Below are positions 37,901-50,500 of a stretch of DNA of 64,000 nt, piece after piece. The first letter of the stretch is position 1. Each line of letters begins with the position of its first letter. The translations under genes and the position numbers were made by a program. This DNA is from Saccostrea cucullata (taxonomy: Eukaryota), in contig NW_026918422.1 in the NCBI RefSeq assembly GCF_032062105.1, positions 62,001 to 126,000 on the forward strand, written 5' to 3'. A model generated the notes under the pieces. That model saw only the letters and a list, made by a program, of their open reading frames with translations. It was not told the DNA's origin and searched no databases.

Positions 37901-40900
37901 TTCTAAAATCATTCATTTAACAAAGTACAGTGTACAGTATAGAATTTTTATTGGGAAATAATACAATTACACTTTGCAAAGACTTACAAAATCGGGATCC
38001 TTTCCTACGGGGATGCAATTTAAAGAAATGCCTCGTCCGATATCTCCAGTAAGGTTCATTAAAGATTTCCTTGTCTGAAATTAGTTTCTGGGGGCGGTTA
38101 AGGGACCCCATATATGTCACTTATTGAATGTTATTTACAATGTATGACTTAACGAGATTAATCATCAACAAATTTTAAAGCATTAATTTCAGAAGTTAAG
38201 GAAGTATTTGTTTTTAAATATCTAGATTTCTTTATTTTATAAGATTTCATATATCAGGTAAACCTCTACTGGGTCCATGAAATCTTCGTCCTCCTTTCCT
38301 CCTATCATGTTTGAAGTTGTGGGCTTCCCATCAGTGATAAGCACAAGCTTAGCCTCGACTTGGAATGTGCCAATCCTTGTTGTATATCCTGGAATGTAGA
38401 TTGGGTGAGACTTTCTGACTATTGATGAGACATATGGAGATAATGATCAGTAATCAAGATCAAAAGTCCAAAACAATACAAGAAAGGAGAAGAGCAAACA
38501 TGGACCTCCAAAACATCAGATGTGGGATCAGGTGTCATGGAGGAGTGAGCATCCCCTGCCGACCGGTCTCACCCGCCGTGTACTCTTTGTCATGATCGGG
38601 AAATAACAGAAAAAGCCGTCGTTAATTCAGTGTATAAATAATGGATTAACAGTAAGTTTGAAAAGTGTAAGTCAACATATGACTCGATGATCAATTTTAT
38701 TTGCTGACAGAGTCATTGTATCGACCAAAAAACTTACGAAATGATGACTGCTAATATTTTTGTTTCATCAACTTGTCCTTAATTCATCTCGTTTTAGAAA
38801 ATGTTCATAAGTAGAGCATTCTCTTGCGTATCGATTCAACTGAGATACAAAAAATCCGTATGTCGTACGTTTCTAAGCTGTTGATTTTGGTAAAATCTTG
38901 TGATTTCAAATTGTTCAAAAGTTCCGTGGAAGTTTTACAGAATTGATGCAATTTTTTTATATCTTTGTTTCGAATTAATCCTATAACTTAAAGTTTAAAT
39001 TGAGGAAGGTCAAGGTCGTAAATTCATACATTCTGTGAGTATGTAAAATTTTTTTTCTAGGAGAAATCTCAAAAAGCTTTTTGAGCTTTTGCAATTCAAT
39101 TTTATACGATAGTTTTCTATTGCTCTGTCTGTCCTTCTTAAAGTGTCCCCTTTCGATACCGTCCCCCTCTAGATCCACACAAACTCTTCTTTTTTCCTTT
39201 GGCTGGGAACACATATTCTCTGAATTAGCTTGTAAAGTTCTTCAATAACGTTCATCATATTAGAGAGCTCAAATTGAAGTAATTTAAAGTTTGAATTACC
39301 ACTTTTGAAGTTTATATACTATTTGCAAGACAATTAACGAATCTTTCCTTTAAAAGTTGAGAAAAAAATGTTTACCTCCGCCAAAGAGCAATCCAGAGAG
39401 AGAGAGAGTGATGGCAGCCTGAATGGGAGAAGCTCCCTGGCATTCTATATCATCTATCATCATAAAATGTTTTGAAAGATGGCATAAAACAAGCATTGAA
39501 AATAAAAAACACATCACAAACTTTTCCTGTAAATAAGAAAAATTGACCAATAAACGTAAATTTTTTTTACCCAGACATCTTTTCAGTGACTGGTAGTTGT
39601 TGGAGTAATAATGACGAAATCTAACCTCCTCTCCAAAGGTTACAACAGCCACTGTTTCATCCATGGGTCCCTTTGCATACTCTTAAAAAGATGTTTTAAA
39701 GTTGCACAGACACAGATTTAAAGTAAATATTTTCTAAAATTTTCCTATAATTTACTTATATGTTGCAATAGCACTTCACACGAAAATATAATAAAAATCT
39801 TATTTCATCTCCAAGTTATTGAAATTTCAAATTTCTGGACAGGTTTGATTGGCACTCTCTTGCACTTTCACAAATTTTAATTTTATTCTAAATACTTACG
39901 AAAAGTGGCAATTTGTTGTGTATAAATGAAAAATATAAAAACTATAATGCAGAATATTCAGAGTAGAAATGTTCCAAAGTAAAACCACTTTTCTAGTATC
40001 GTCAGTCCGTGCTCTGTGTTCTGTACAGAGTTTAAGAAATAGAATACACCAGTGAAACATAAACTGTTCAGTGTTTCTAACACAGGGCACGTCAATCAGC
40101 TGATATTAGCGTCTCAGGTTGATGTAGGATGTTATAGGAAAAAGGGGATGAACTACTATCTATAATGTTAGATTTGTATAATAAAAATGCAGTACCTTCT
40201 ATGATGTCAATAAAAACCGTCTTCATTTGCTGGAAAGCTTCTCCGGCCATACTTCCTGACGTATCTAAAGCAAACATCACACATGGCCCCTTTCCTTGTT
40301 GGTACTTTAATTTCCTGTCTACATAAATAAATAAATGCTTAAAGCTTTACCTTTTCTTCTTTGAAAATTGCAAGCAACTCATTAGGGGGTGTTGTCTCCT
40401 CCATTGTCAATATCAATTTCGTATATTTCAAATTCATAATGTCAACAATAAAACTCTATTTTGTTCGTTCATGCAATCGTTTTATACTTGTTTTTGAGTT
40501 TGGCTAGAATAAAGGTAGTTAGAAATAGAATATAAAATAACGTTTTTGTTTGGTGAAAAATTTGAAGCGTTCACAATCAACAAAATAACCATTCAATGTT
40601 GATCCAGAATAGTTACATCCCTTGTCTCTTCAGGGTAATTGTCATCAACAATTTTACCATCAATAATTTCTAGCAAAAGTCTCCAAACGCAGTACTTTGT
40701 TAACTGAAGTTCTACTCGATTGCCTAATTATTTTTTAAATTTTTAACAATTTTTATTTTATCGTTATTTTAATCTATAAACAATATAAATCTATGAAGAA
40801 TGCATAAAACGAGGGCCCCTGGAAATTTGTGGGATTAGGTGCTTAGGAGGAGTAAACAACCTTGTGCACACCAATAAGATACAACATTATTCCGTAGTCA

Positions 40901-41418
40901 GATACAGTATAAAACAAAGGCCCAACATTTTAGCCAAAACACGACCCAATGATAGGTTATCATTGCTATCTAGGTTATTATAACTGCCAAGGGGATTTAC
41001 AAAATGTCGAATTTAGAGCATTGTGACATGTCAATTAGGAACTCTAGAATTTATTTATTTATTTTTTATTTTCCAGTGTACTTGTGTGTAGAATCAAAAC
41101 TATAAACTATCAAAGTTATGTCCAAGATTAATCACAAGAAAAATTCTTATTTTTATCTCTTATTTAAAAAGCGGCTGTTTATGATATCAGAAAGCGTTAT
41201 TAACTTTGTTAGCGTTTTTAAGAATTCATATATAATTTTCTTGAATACCGATTATGCTGTAACAAAGCATGTCGGACCTTTCTACTCTACAGCAGTTTTA
41301 AGATATTTTGTTAGGCGTTAATATAGGGCCCATTGTGGAACAATTCAGAATACTTACTTTCCACAGCTTCTTCGTGAGCACGATTTACCCAGTAATTGTC
41401 ATCAACAAATTTGGCCAT
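34999..41418 (-). pseudogene. VWA - 2x MIB/HERC2 - WWE gene, subfamily B copy 1, with a 10-nt frameshift deletion near 37835
   Basis: MAKFVDDNYW..., CVMFALDTSGSM, LVLITDG, VGTRVRRGPDWRWGDQD, GPNWQWEDQDGG, VRWPNSNKSNYRFGYDG, DIWQYRDKDGQWVNF, YRIILSKMKKIDIKTR. The exon at ~37860 reads GCG TAT GAG GAA AAC TAA versus GCG TAC ACG TCG CGG GGA GGT AAA in B2. An assembly error cannot be excluded. Confidence 0.75.
38435..38935 (-). mobile_element. Penelope-like fragment
   Basis: Colinear with the 17735 copy, with an internal deletion. Confidence 0.7.
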
Positions 41419-42342
41419 AACTGAAATACTTCTCGCACAAATCTTCAAATGTAGATAGATTTCGATACTGCAGTTTCCCAAACGAGAAACATTGAATAAA
41501 CTTTCTTATCATTTCTATAAAGTTTGATTGTATCAGGTCCTTCCTGTAAATCTATTATTGCAGTTCCAAAATAAGTATCATTTCAGTAATATTTACACAC
41601 AGGATGGATTATTTAAAAAAAAACCTAATCCATGTATTTATGTTGAATACACTCCAAAGTGATCACAAAATATTAAATATATTATCGAAAAACTGTCAAT
41701 AATCTAGGCAAATTTCATATAATTTCATTAGACTTTGGACATTTCTAAGTTGTCCTATGAATTGAAAATATTCAGGTAATTATAATGTTCCACGTTTAAG
41801 AAGAAAGAAATGCGAAAGAAATATTCAAAAAATTGCAGACGGAGAAAGAAAAGTGGTAAACCTTGATCTTTCAATGTGTGGCCTCAGATAGCAATTTTTT
41901 TTTTAAGTAAAAGAATTTAATGACGAAAAGCTTAGAGAAAACAAAATTTATTTTTCGTAAACTTAGCAAAAACAGTCGTTTTCTGTAAACAGAAATATAA
42001 ATTATGCATATATGCAATATCTTTTTTCAAACTGGAAGGTCACGTCGAAAAAAAAAATATCCAATGAAATGTCTTGTCGCAATGTAATTCTTCGTAAAAG
42101 TGGGTCAAATATTAAGGACAAGAGGTCAAATTTATGGGTACCCAACGACATGTCTTATTAGAAGAAATACAACTGTGAAATATGAATAGCATAACACCTA
42201 CCCACAAAAGTTGTAGGCAGGGTTAAAATTCTTTTGACAAAGAGACTGAGAGAATGACAGACGGGAGGACAGAACAAAAACTATAAACCTTCGAAACTTT
42301 GATTAAGAGGGCATAAAAAAGTTTTTAAAAGTTAACCTAGTG

Positions 42343-43578
42343 AGGTCACCCGAGTAAACCCAGGTGACCTATTGCTATCCCTTTTCGTCTGTCATCGTGC
42401 GGTGTGCGTCGTGCGTTAACATTTGGACATTTTCAGCTTCTTCTCTGCAACTGCTCAACCAAATTCAACCAATCTTGGCATAAAGCATCTATGAGTAAAG
42501 GGGAACAAAAATTATGAATTTCATGGTCCCTGCCCTCCCCCCCCTCCCCCGGGACCTAATGGGTGGGGCCAAAACTACTTAATTTAGTGCAATCTTTAAA
42601 AATCATCTTCTTTACTCCTGGATATCAAGCAGTCAATCTGTTGACATGATTGCAATGAGCATTGAGTCCTCTACCAAAATTGTGAAATTCATGGCCCCAG
42701 GGTCAGGGGTTCTAGTGCTAGGGCGGGGCTATATAGATTATATAGTGAAAATTCATTATTATTTTGAAAATCTTCTTCTCTGCTTTTGGATATAAAAGGA
42801 ACCAACTAAGTACATAGTTATGATGAGCAAGAGCTCCTCTTTCAAAATTGTAAAATTTGTGGCCCCAGGGTCAGGGATTTTGGTGTAAGGGCGGGGCTCT
42901 ATTGATTATAAAAGTGAAAATGCATTGATTCTTAAAAAATCTTCTCTGCTTCTGGGTATTAAATTAACTAAGTACATAGTTATAATGAGCAAGAGTGCCT
43001 CTACCAAAATTGTGAATTTTATGGGCCCAGGGTCAGTGGTTCTGGTGTTAGGGCGGGGCCCTATTGATTACATATAGTGAAAAGGCATTAATTCTTTGAA
43101 AATCTTCTCTGCTTCTGGGTATTAAGTAAACTAAGTACATAGTTATTATGAGCAAGCGTGCCTCTAACAAAATTGTTAATTTGGCCCAAGGGTTCTGGTG
43201 TTAGGGCGGGGCTCAATTGATTATATAGTGAAAATGCATTAATTCTTTGAAAATCTTCTTCTCTGCTTCTGGGTTTTAAATAAACTAAGTACGCAGTTAT
43301 GATGAACGTGAGTGTCCCTAGCAAAATTATGAATTTTATGGCCCAGAGTTAGGAGTTCTGATGTTAGGGCGGGGCTCTATTGATTTATCATATAGTGAAA
43401 ATACAATAAATCTTTGTAACCAAACTAAGCAATTGCTAACTATATAGTTATGATGAGCAATGGTGCCTCTTTCAAAATTTGAATGCCATAGCCTCTAGCT
43501 TAAAACATGAACCAAATTCAATCATTTGAAAGTTGTTGCATGATGCTCAGGTGACCTATAAGGCCAATGGACTTTTTT
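42343..43578 (+). mobile_element. HINE/Helentron-type element (second family) with ~5 internal ~160-180-bp tandem units
   Basis: AGGTCACCCGAG...CAGGTGACCT subterminal inverted repeat, (CGTG) microsatellite, recurring AGGGCGGGGCTCTATTGATT...AAAATCTTCTTCTCTGC, end CTCAGGTGACC plus hairpin and T-run. Confidence 0.8.
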
Positions 43579-44575
43579 TTTTTAAAAATGAAGTTTAATG
43601 CTGATCTCTGAAAATTTCAATTTTTCTTCTTCAGTTTTTGAATTCATATATGATTTACACCACTTCTAAAATATGTTGTAGAAAATTGCATCAGAGGTGT
43701 TTTCTTTAAGCTGAACACGACTCGTAAATAGGCATAAGCCATTTCGATGTCATTATTAACAATACCTCAACACCAGGGTATATATTTTAGATTCGTTACA
43801 CCGTACTGCAATATTGTTACGGGTATTGGCGTGTAATGCGACGTGTTCGTGCTGGTTATCTTGCATTAGGTTTGTTTACATATTTTGCAGTTACATGTAT
43901 CGGTACTGCACTGACCTGTACAACTTTAATTGTAAGTTTCTTTTGTATCTTCCTCTCCTGCATTAGACAACGTATTACTATAATTGTCGCTTCCGAGTGC
44001 TGTATAGCATACGTCCGTCTACACCAGATTACACTAAACAATGACCTGCCCTTTATATAGGGGTATGCAGACGTAGCTTAAACTTAATTATTTTTTCGAT
44101 TTTCATCTTTAGAAAGTGAACTGTATGAATAAGTTTGATTTCTAGAAGTAGAATTAAACCAAGATCATCTAATATTTATAATAATGAGTCTAGCAAACAA
44201 AGACGATATGGTTATAAGAAATGTTGGATGGATCCCTAGCATATTTTCAATTTTGCTAAGTAGTAACAGTATTTTGAATTCAATGGTTTGCATAATGCAA
44301 AATTAGGAAGATTCTTATCATTATTTGATATCATCAACTTATGGTACCAAGATTGTCTGTTTTTTTTATATAAATGAATGATGGATTTTATTTTTTATTA
44401 TGCTGCTTCATTATAAAACGTTTCGACAATTAATTATGTGCAAATCATACAAAAACATTTAAAAACTTTGAAAGCATTTTATCCTTTTATGTTATTAAAT
44501 GAGGAACAGTTTGAAATGTGTAAGAGAAACCCTTGTCCCCCGCTTAGATATATGTCTGCAGTGTCACCAATGGCC

Positions 44576-47500
44576 CTATATTCTCTTGCATCTAATGCTG
44601 TGTCTTTCTTTTGTTTTTGTGTTGATCTATATCATCTTTGATGCAACAATTCTAAAACTGTTAAAGTACAAGTCTGAGAATTAAAAACACTAACTAGATC
44701 TAAATATCACATTTTATGCTTTAGCATTTACTGCACAATCTCCATACATTTTCAGTGTTATACGTGATCAATCGAATACGCTCACCTTTCATCATTATAA
44801 GAAATCAAGACTGTTGCCACGGGGTGTTGTTGAAGCCTGCAGTTGATTAAATTTGTCACGTGATCGGGATAGTCTACCCAAACACCACTGTTGTCCTGCC
44901 ACTGCCAAGATAGACACGGACGTACGTGTGAATTATATGAAGAGACGGAGTTGTCTGTTGAGTGATGTTTCGAAATTAGTGCAGTGTTTATCTCCATTTC
45001 TGAATTTGTTTCCATCTGAACAGTATCTTTATTTGTTCCAGCTACACAAAATTCAGGATTTTTATGAGCATTGGTTGAAGTATTGATGCTAGGTTTTTCT
45101 TTGAAATGAACACAGTTATTTACAATCACAGAGGAATTCACAGTCAGGAGATTCTGATATTCTTCCGGACTTGAGGACCTATTGATATGGTCGGAACATT
45201 TAGATATACCTCCCACTGAGTTGCCTTCTAGACCAGTATCCTGTCCTTCATCAGTTTCCAGATCGTCCACTGAAACAGCTATGGGGGAGTGTTCTTTCTG
45301 CTTGTCTGTTGCATTGGTTCTATCATTACAAGCTACCTGTCCCCGTTGTAAAATCGGTTCATGTGATGTTTTTGTTGACTTTGCATCTGCCGCCTCTTGA
45401 AACACTGTACTTCGACCTTGATTTGATGTTTTACTCTGCCATGTTAGATTTCCTTTATTTTCCTGCATGATGCAATCACTCTGTTTAGTTGTGTTATGTG
45501 GTGTTTCCTTTATAGCAGATTTATCTGCAAAAGTCATGTAATTTATTATCAACCCTATAATTCTATCAATCAAAGGCATGTTGAGTTTGTAAGGGCAATA
45601 TTGAGTTCTGTCGAAATACATAAAATCTTATTACAACGTAAATCTTCATTGAAACGATTGATGGATTGTATTTTTTTAACGTCCCTCTCGAGAATTTTTC
45701 ACTAATATTGAGACGACACCTCCTGCCAGTGGAGAGCTACTATTTTTGTGCTTTACTCGGCACTCTGGTCATTGAGCAGTGAGGGGTTTTTAAGTGCTGG
45801 CACCTACTGCGATACGGGACCTAGGTTTATACGGTCTCATCCGAAGGACCGGTCTCCACTCTCACAGTGGGATTTGAATCCGCGACGAAAGGATCTACTC
45901 CTTTTTTCGCGACCTTAGAGCAGACGCTCTAGCCACTGCGCCATGCGGGAGAGCCATGAAAGAGAAGGAAAGAAAATAAAAAAAAAAATAGAGGAACCTT
46001 TTAAATCATTGGAGGCAACCATGTGTTCTGTAATTGTACCAGACTGGTTTGATGCATTCTGCTGTTCTCTTACGGTTTTTATCACCTCGGGTGAGAACGG
46101 ATCGCTACAATACAAAAAGAAGTATCCTACTTATATACAATATATATAAATAGCCAGACACTGATTATTATAGACAATAAAGGCAAATGTAAAGTTTTAC
46201 AAGATTTATTTTGTTGTTGGCGAACACAGCCACGACCATAGGGCTGCCGGATGATAGATTGGCAAGCCCTAAAATCATTATACATTACATTAAACATTAC
46301 ATTATATGCATCACATTAAACATTATGCCACATTAACAATTTGAGGGCTTATAGTTTTCACCACTGTCCCAACGTGGAGCCCTCAAGGATAACATTATGC
46401 ATTATTCAAACATTGTGGCATCCATTGTTAATGAATATACGAGGGGTTATCAAAAAGTTCGTGGACTGAGGCTATAAAAGTAGTACTATGTAGTCTGAGC
46501 TTACAAAATTTTGAAGGAACATAAAACAATAAAAAATAAAGAAATGTTGAAAATTTTAGCTTCATATGTTCATTATTTCTCGAATTATTATGAAATAAAA
46601 ACGATATTATATCACCACCCGGCGCTGTCGCCGTTTAGTTTTATGACGTCCGACAACGTCATTGTTTTTTCATTGTCTGCTTTTTCTACCTCATACACTA
46701 TTTCTGATGAGATTCCATGGAGCTGAGGAAGGACTTCAATCCGTCTTGTTTATATGACTTTACAATGTCATGAACAGTGGCTTTCAATGCATATAATATT
46801 ACAAATAAGATCTATACAATGGCAGAGATCCTCGCATGATTGTGCCTGCATATTTTGCTTTTTGGAGTTCATTATCTACAATACATTATAAATGTCATTT
46901 TTTGCCGTGATTGATTTTTCACACCTTGACTACAAATCGACATTAACTGTACATTCCTTTTCTCTCTGAATCTATTTTGACATTAAAAACAAGCAATCTG
47001 GATGCACATTATTTCTCCGTAGCTAGTTTAAACATTTCCTAGGTGTATACCATTTTTTTCTACGGGCAAAACGTTATAGAATGTTGGAAAAGGAAACCCC
47101 TCCCCCCTTTTGACGTCATTTTCAAGGCAATATTTGTTTGGATACTCCATGTAAAATTTATGATAAAATTTCATAGAACTTTCAGAATGAGGTAAAAATT
47201 TAACATTTTATGACACAATAGTGTCCCAACACATACCTGAATTAACAGGGTATTTGGATGTCAAATGTTCATATCACAATAGTTTTTCTTAGTTACACTT
47301 AGGTCGAAAAAAAAAACGTCGTTTTCGAGGTTGCGCCGCATGGACATACCATTGCTTACAAAAACATTGCTAATTTATTAAAAAATAAAATTTATAATTT
47401 GTGATTTATTCTATAGATAGAAAAGACAATGATAACTAGATATTTTAAAATTTATTCATGTATCTATAGCGGTTTTAATTTTATGGCGCTAGTCCACGAA

Positions 47501-50500
47501 CTTTTTGATAGCCCCTCGTACATTATTTATTATGCATACATTATGTATTTCATCATTAAACATTATTCATTATGCATACATTATGCACTTCATCATTATA
47601 CATTATGACATTATCATTATACATTATTGGCTTTATAATTGAGAAAGATAGACAAAATTATCTGGTACTGGGAACAGATACATGTACTCAGTATAATAAT
47701 GCTATCAAATCTATGAAAGCCAAAAGCGTCGCGAAATATCGCCACATGGTTGTTCAAGCAAAGGGAGAATATACTATAAAAATAATTTTTAAAAAGTCTG
47801 TTACTATATGTTTATTGGGTATTATTTATTATAGGTATGTACTTAAAATAGATTACCATAGCTCAATGTCGTATTTTCCATCATATCCAAATCTGTAATT
47901 ACCCATCCTTCCACTTGGCCATCGAATCTTAAATGTATTACATCTGCCATTATTTTTTTTCTTAACCTGAACATTTGGGTTTTTAGCAATTTTTAATGCT
48001 CCTAGTCCGATTAAAATCAAATTCAGTTTATTTACAATCAAAAAACCAAACAAAAAATCAAATATTTCTAAATCCAGTAAATATATTCAGTACTTTTTAA
48101 ATCTTTGCTATGGTCGATATAGTGACCTTGTTAGGAAATATGAATAATCAATGAGTCGTATTTTGGCTGAGTTGTTTCATACGAATTGTTAGGCCTTTAT
48201 TTTTATACTGGATTTGAATATGGAATGTTACGTCTACCTAGTCAATACATAGGGCTCACGGCAGGTGTGATCAGACGACAGGGGATGCTTTCTACTACTA
48301 GGCACCTGACTCCGCCACTGGAATTTCCAGAGGTCAGTGTTTTACATACGTGTATTACTGTACATAACTAGATTTTCGTGACACCTAATTTTTGGCGAGA
48401 AAGTCATTGAATCTTGATGAACGAGACAAAATTTTCATGAATTCTGGTTATTGCTCCATATAATTCTAAGGAATGCTATTAAACGCGAAAAATAAATTTT
48501 TGCTAGCAAACTGTCTCCCGTAATTACGCGGAAATAAAGTTCTCGCGAATAAAATGTGATTTACAATATGTACAGATCAATCACTACATGTTTATTATAT
48601 CTGCACCTTTTACATTGGAGCCTTCATTTCCAGACCAAAAGTAAAGCTCAGACTCTTCACATTTGAAAGTATATTAATATATAAATTACTTATATAGATT
48701 TTATTTATATATATGAATCAGAACTAACATAAACGGTGGCATTATCCATCACTCGATAACATGTCCCGATAGCTTGTTCTCCGCCGTCCTGATCTTCCCA
48801 CTTCCAGTCGAGACCTTATTAGAAAATGAATGTTACATCACACGTATGCGCTTTTTAAATGTTATAAAATCGTCTCTTTACATAAAGATAAAAAGATAAA
48901 TTGAACATGTCAAATACATCAAAATTAAATACCTCTCTTAACAAAACAACCAACAGCGACCAATCCATCAAGAGGGATCCTTGGTTCCTCACAAACCACC
49001 ACATCGTACATGTCTCTCATTCCATAGTTGTACACACAGCGCTCTCCATTATCCCACTCTACCAGTACCAGTCCCGCTAGGGATGATAAAGACAAAGTCT
49101 CCTCTTATAAAAGGAGCTCTCTCTACATGACAAATGTCCCATTTGTTCAACCCTCAAAATCGTTACAATAAGAGGCTGTAAGAGGTATTCTAGCGGGTGC
49201 TAGATTGAAAATTGAAAATGAAAATATGGATATGACGAACTGTATTCAAGATCAAAAGTCCACAAAATAATACAAAATAGGAGCAGAACAAACACGGACC
49301 TCCAATACAGAAGAAGTGGAATCAAGTGCCATGGAGAGTAAGCATCCCCTGTCGACCGTTGACACCCACCATGTGTTCCTTGTCAGTATCGGGAAATAAT
49401 GGAAAAATCCGTCGTCAATTCAGTGTATATAAATAATGGACTAACGATAAGTATGGAAAACGTCAGTCAGCAATTGATTCAATGATTAACTGTATTTGCT
49501 ACAAGGGCAATGTACCGACCAAAGAACTTAGGAAATGATTACTTTGAACGAGACTGCTGATATTCTTGTTTCATCAACTTGTTTGTCAATAATTTACCTC
49601 GTTTTAGAAACTGTTCATACGCAGAGCATACTCAATACCGTAAATCTGGAAATTTTTGCTGTAGATAAATTTTTAGCAAATTTGCGAGTTCATTGCATTC
49701 GCAAAAATATTTTTCTTAAAAATAAATTACCAATAGGAAAATGTAAACAAAGTAGTGGTAATTCGCAAAATTTTGAATCGTAAAAATTAATAAACTCCAT
49801 TTTGACCCGATTTCGCAAAATAAAATCGACGTAAACATTTCCAGATTTACGGTAGTATCGAATCAATCGAGATATATAAACTCCGTATGCAGGAGATGAA
49901 GAAATATTGCTGAATAAGTAAGGGAAGTTGATGATAGTAAAGTAAAAGTCATCAAGTTAATCATTGAGTTTGGTTGTTAGATTACAATTAACGTCTTTAT
50001 CAATTAAAATATCCAAATATGAAACAGATGTCTCAGACTCTGTGGTATTTTTTTTTATTTCAAGCTCACCGGGATATATAGTATGGAATAGAAACTACCA
50101 TTGTTAATTGATAAGAGGTCGTTGATATGTCTAAAAGTCGAGTTGAAGGCCACAACAAGTGTTTTACTCTTTTCATGTATAAAAGTTTGCACTAATTCTG
50201 CTGCATATGAATACAAAATAGGTCTGTTAATAACGGGGCGCTGTTGGTACCCATGGGAATTCCAATAGATTGTTCGAAGACATGGTCTCCAAAAACAACA
50301 TAGATATTGTCAATCAGAAACTCAAGCATCTTTTTGATGTCAACTTCAGAATACTTGTGTTTTAAATCAGAATGTTTTTAACAAAATAATTTTGCAAATG
50401 ACCAATGAAAATGTAAGTACGTGTAAATAGACGAGTTTAATTCTTAGAGAAAAAGCAGCTGTCAATGATTAATAAATATCAAATTTGTTTTATTAAGAAA

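Noticed and set aside
38515-38580. SECIS element or hammerhead ribozyme in the Penelope-like 3' segment
   Set aside because: GUGA...UGA is present, but there is no clean SECIS helix or apical AA and no CUGANGA/GAAA hammerhead core that I can see.
45860-45950. tRNA gene (also the tRNA-like stretch at ~20270-20335)
   Set aside because: The cloverleaf is imperfect and continues into SINE body and tail, so these are SINE heads.
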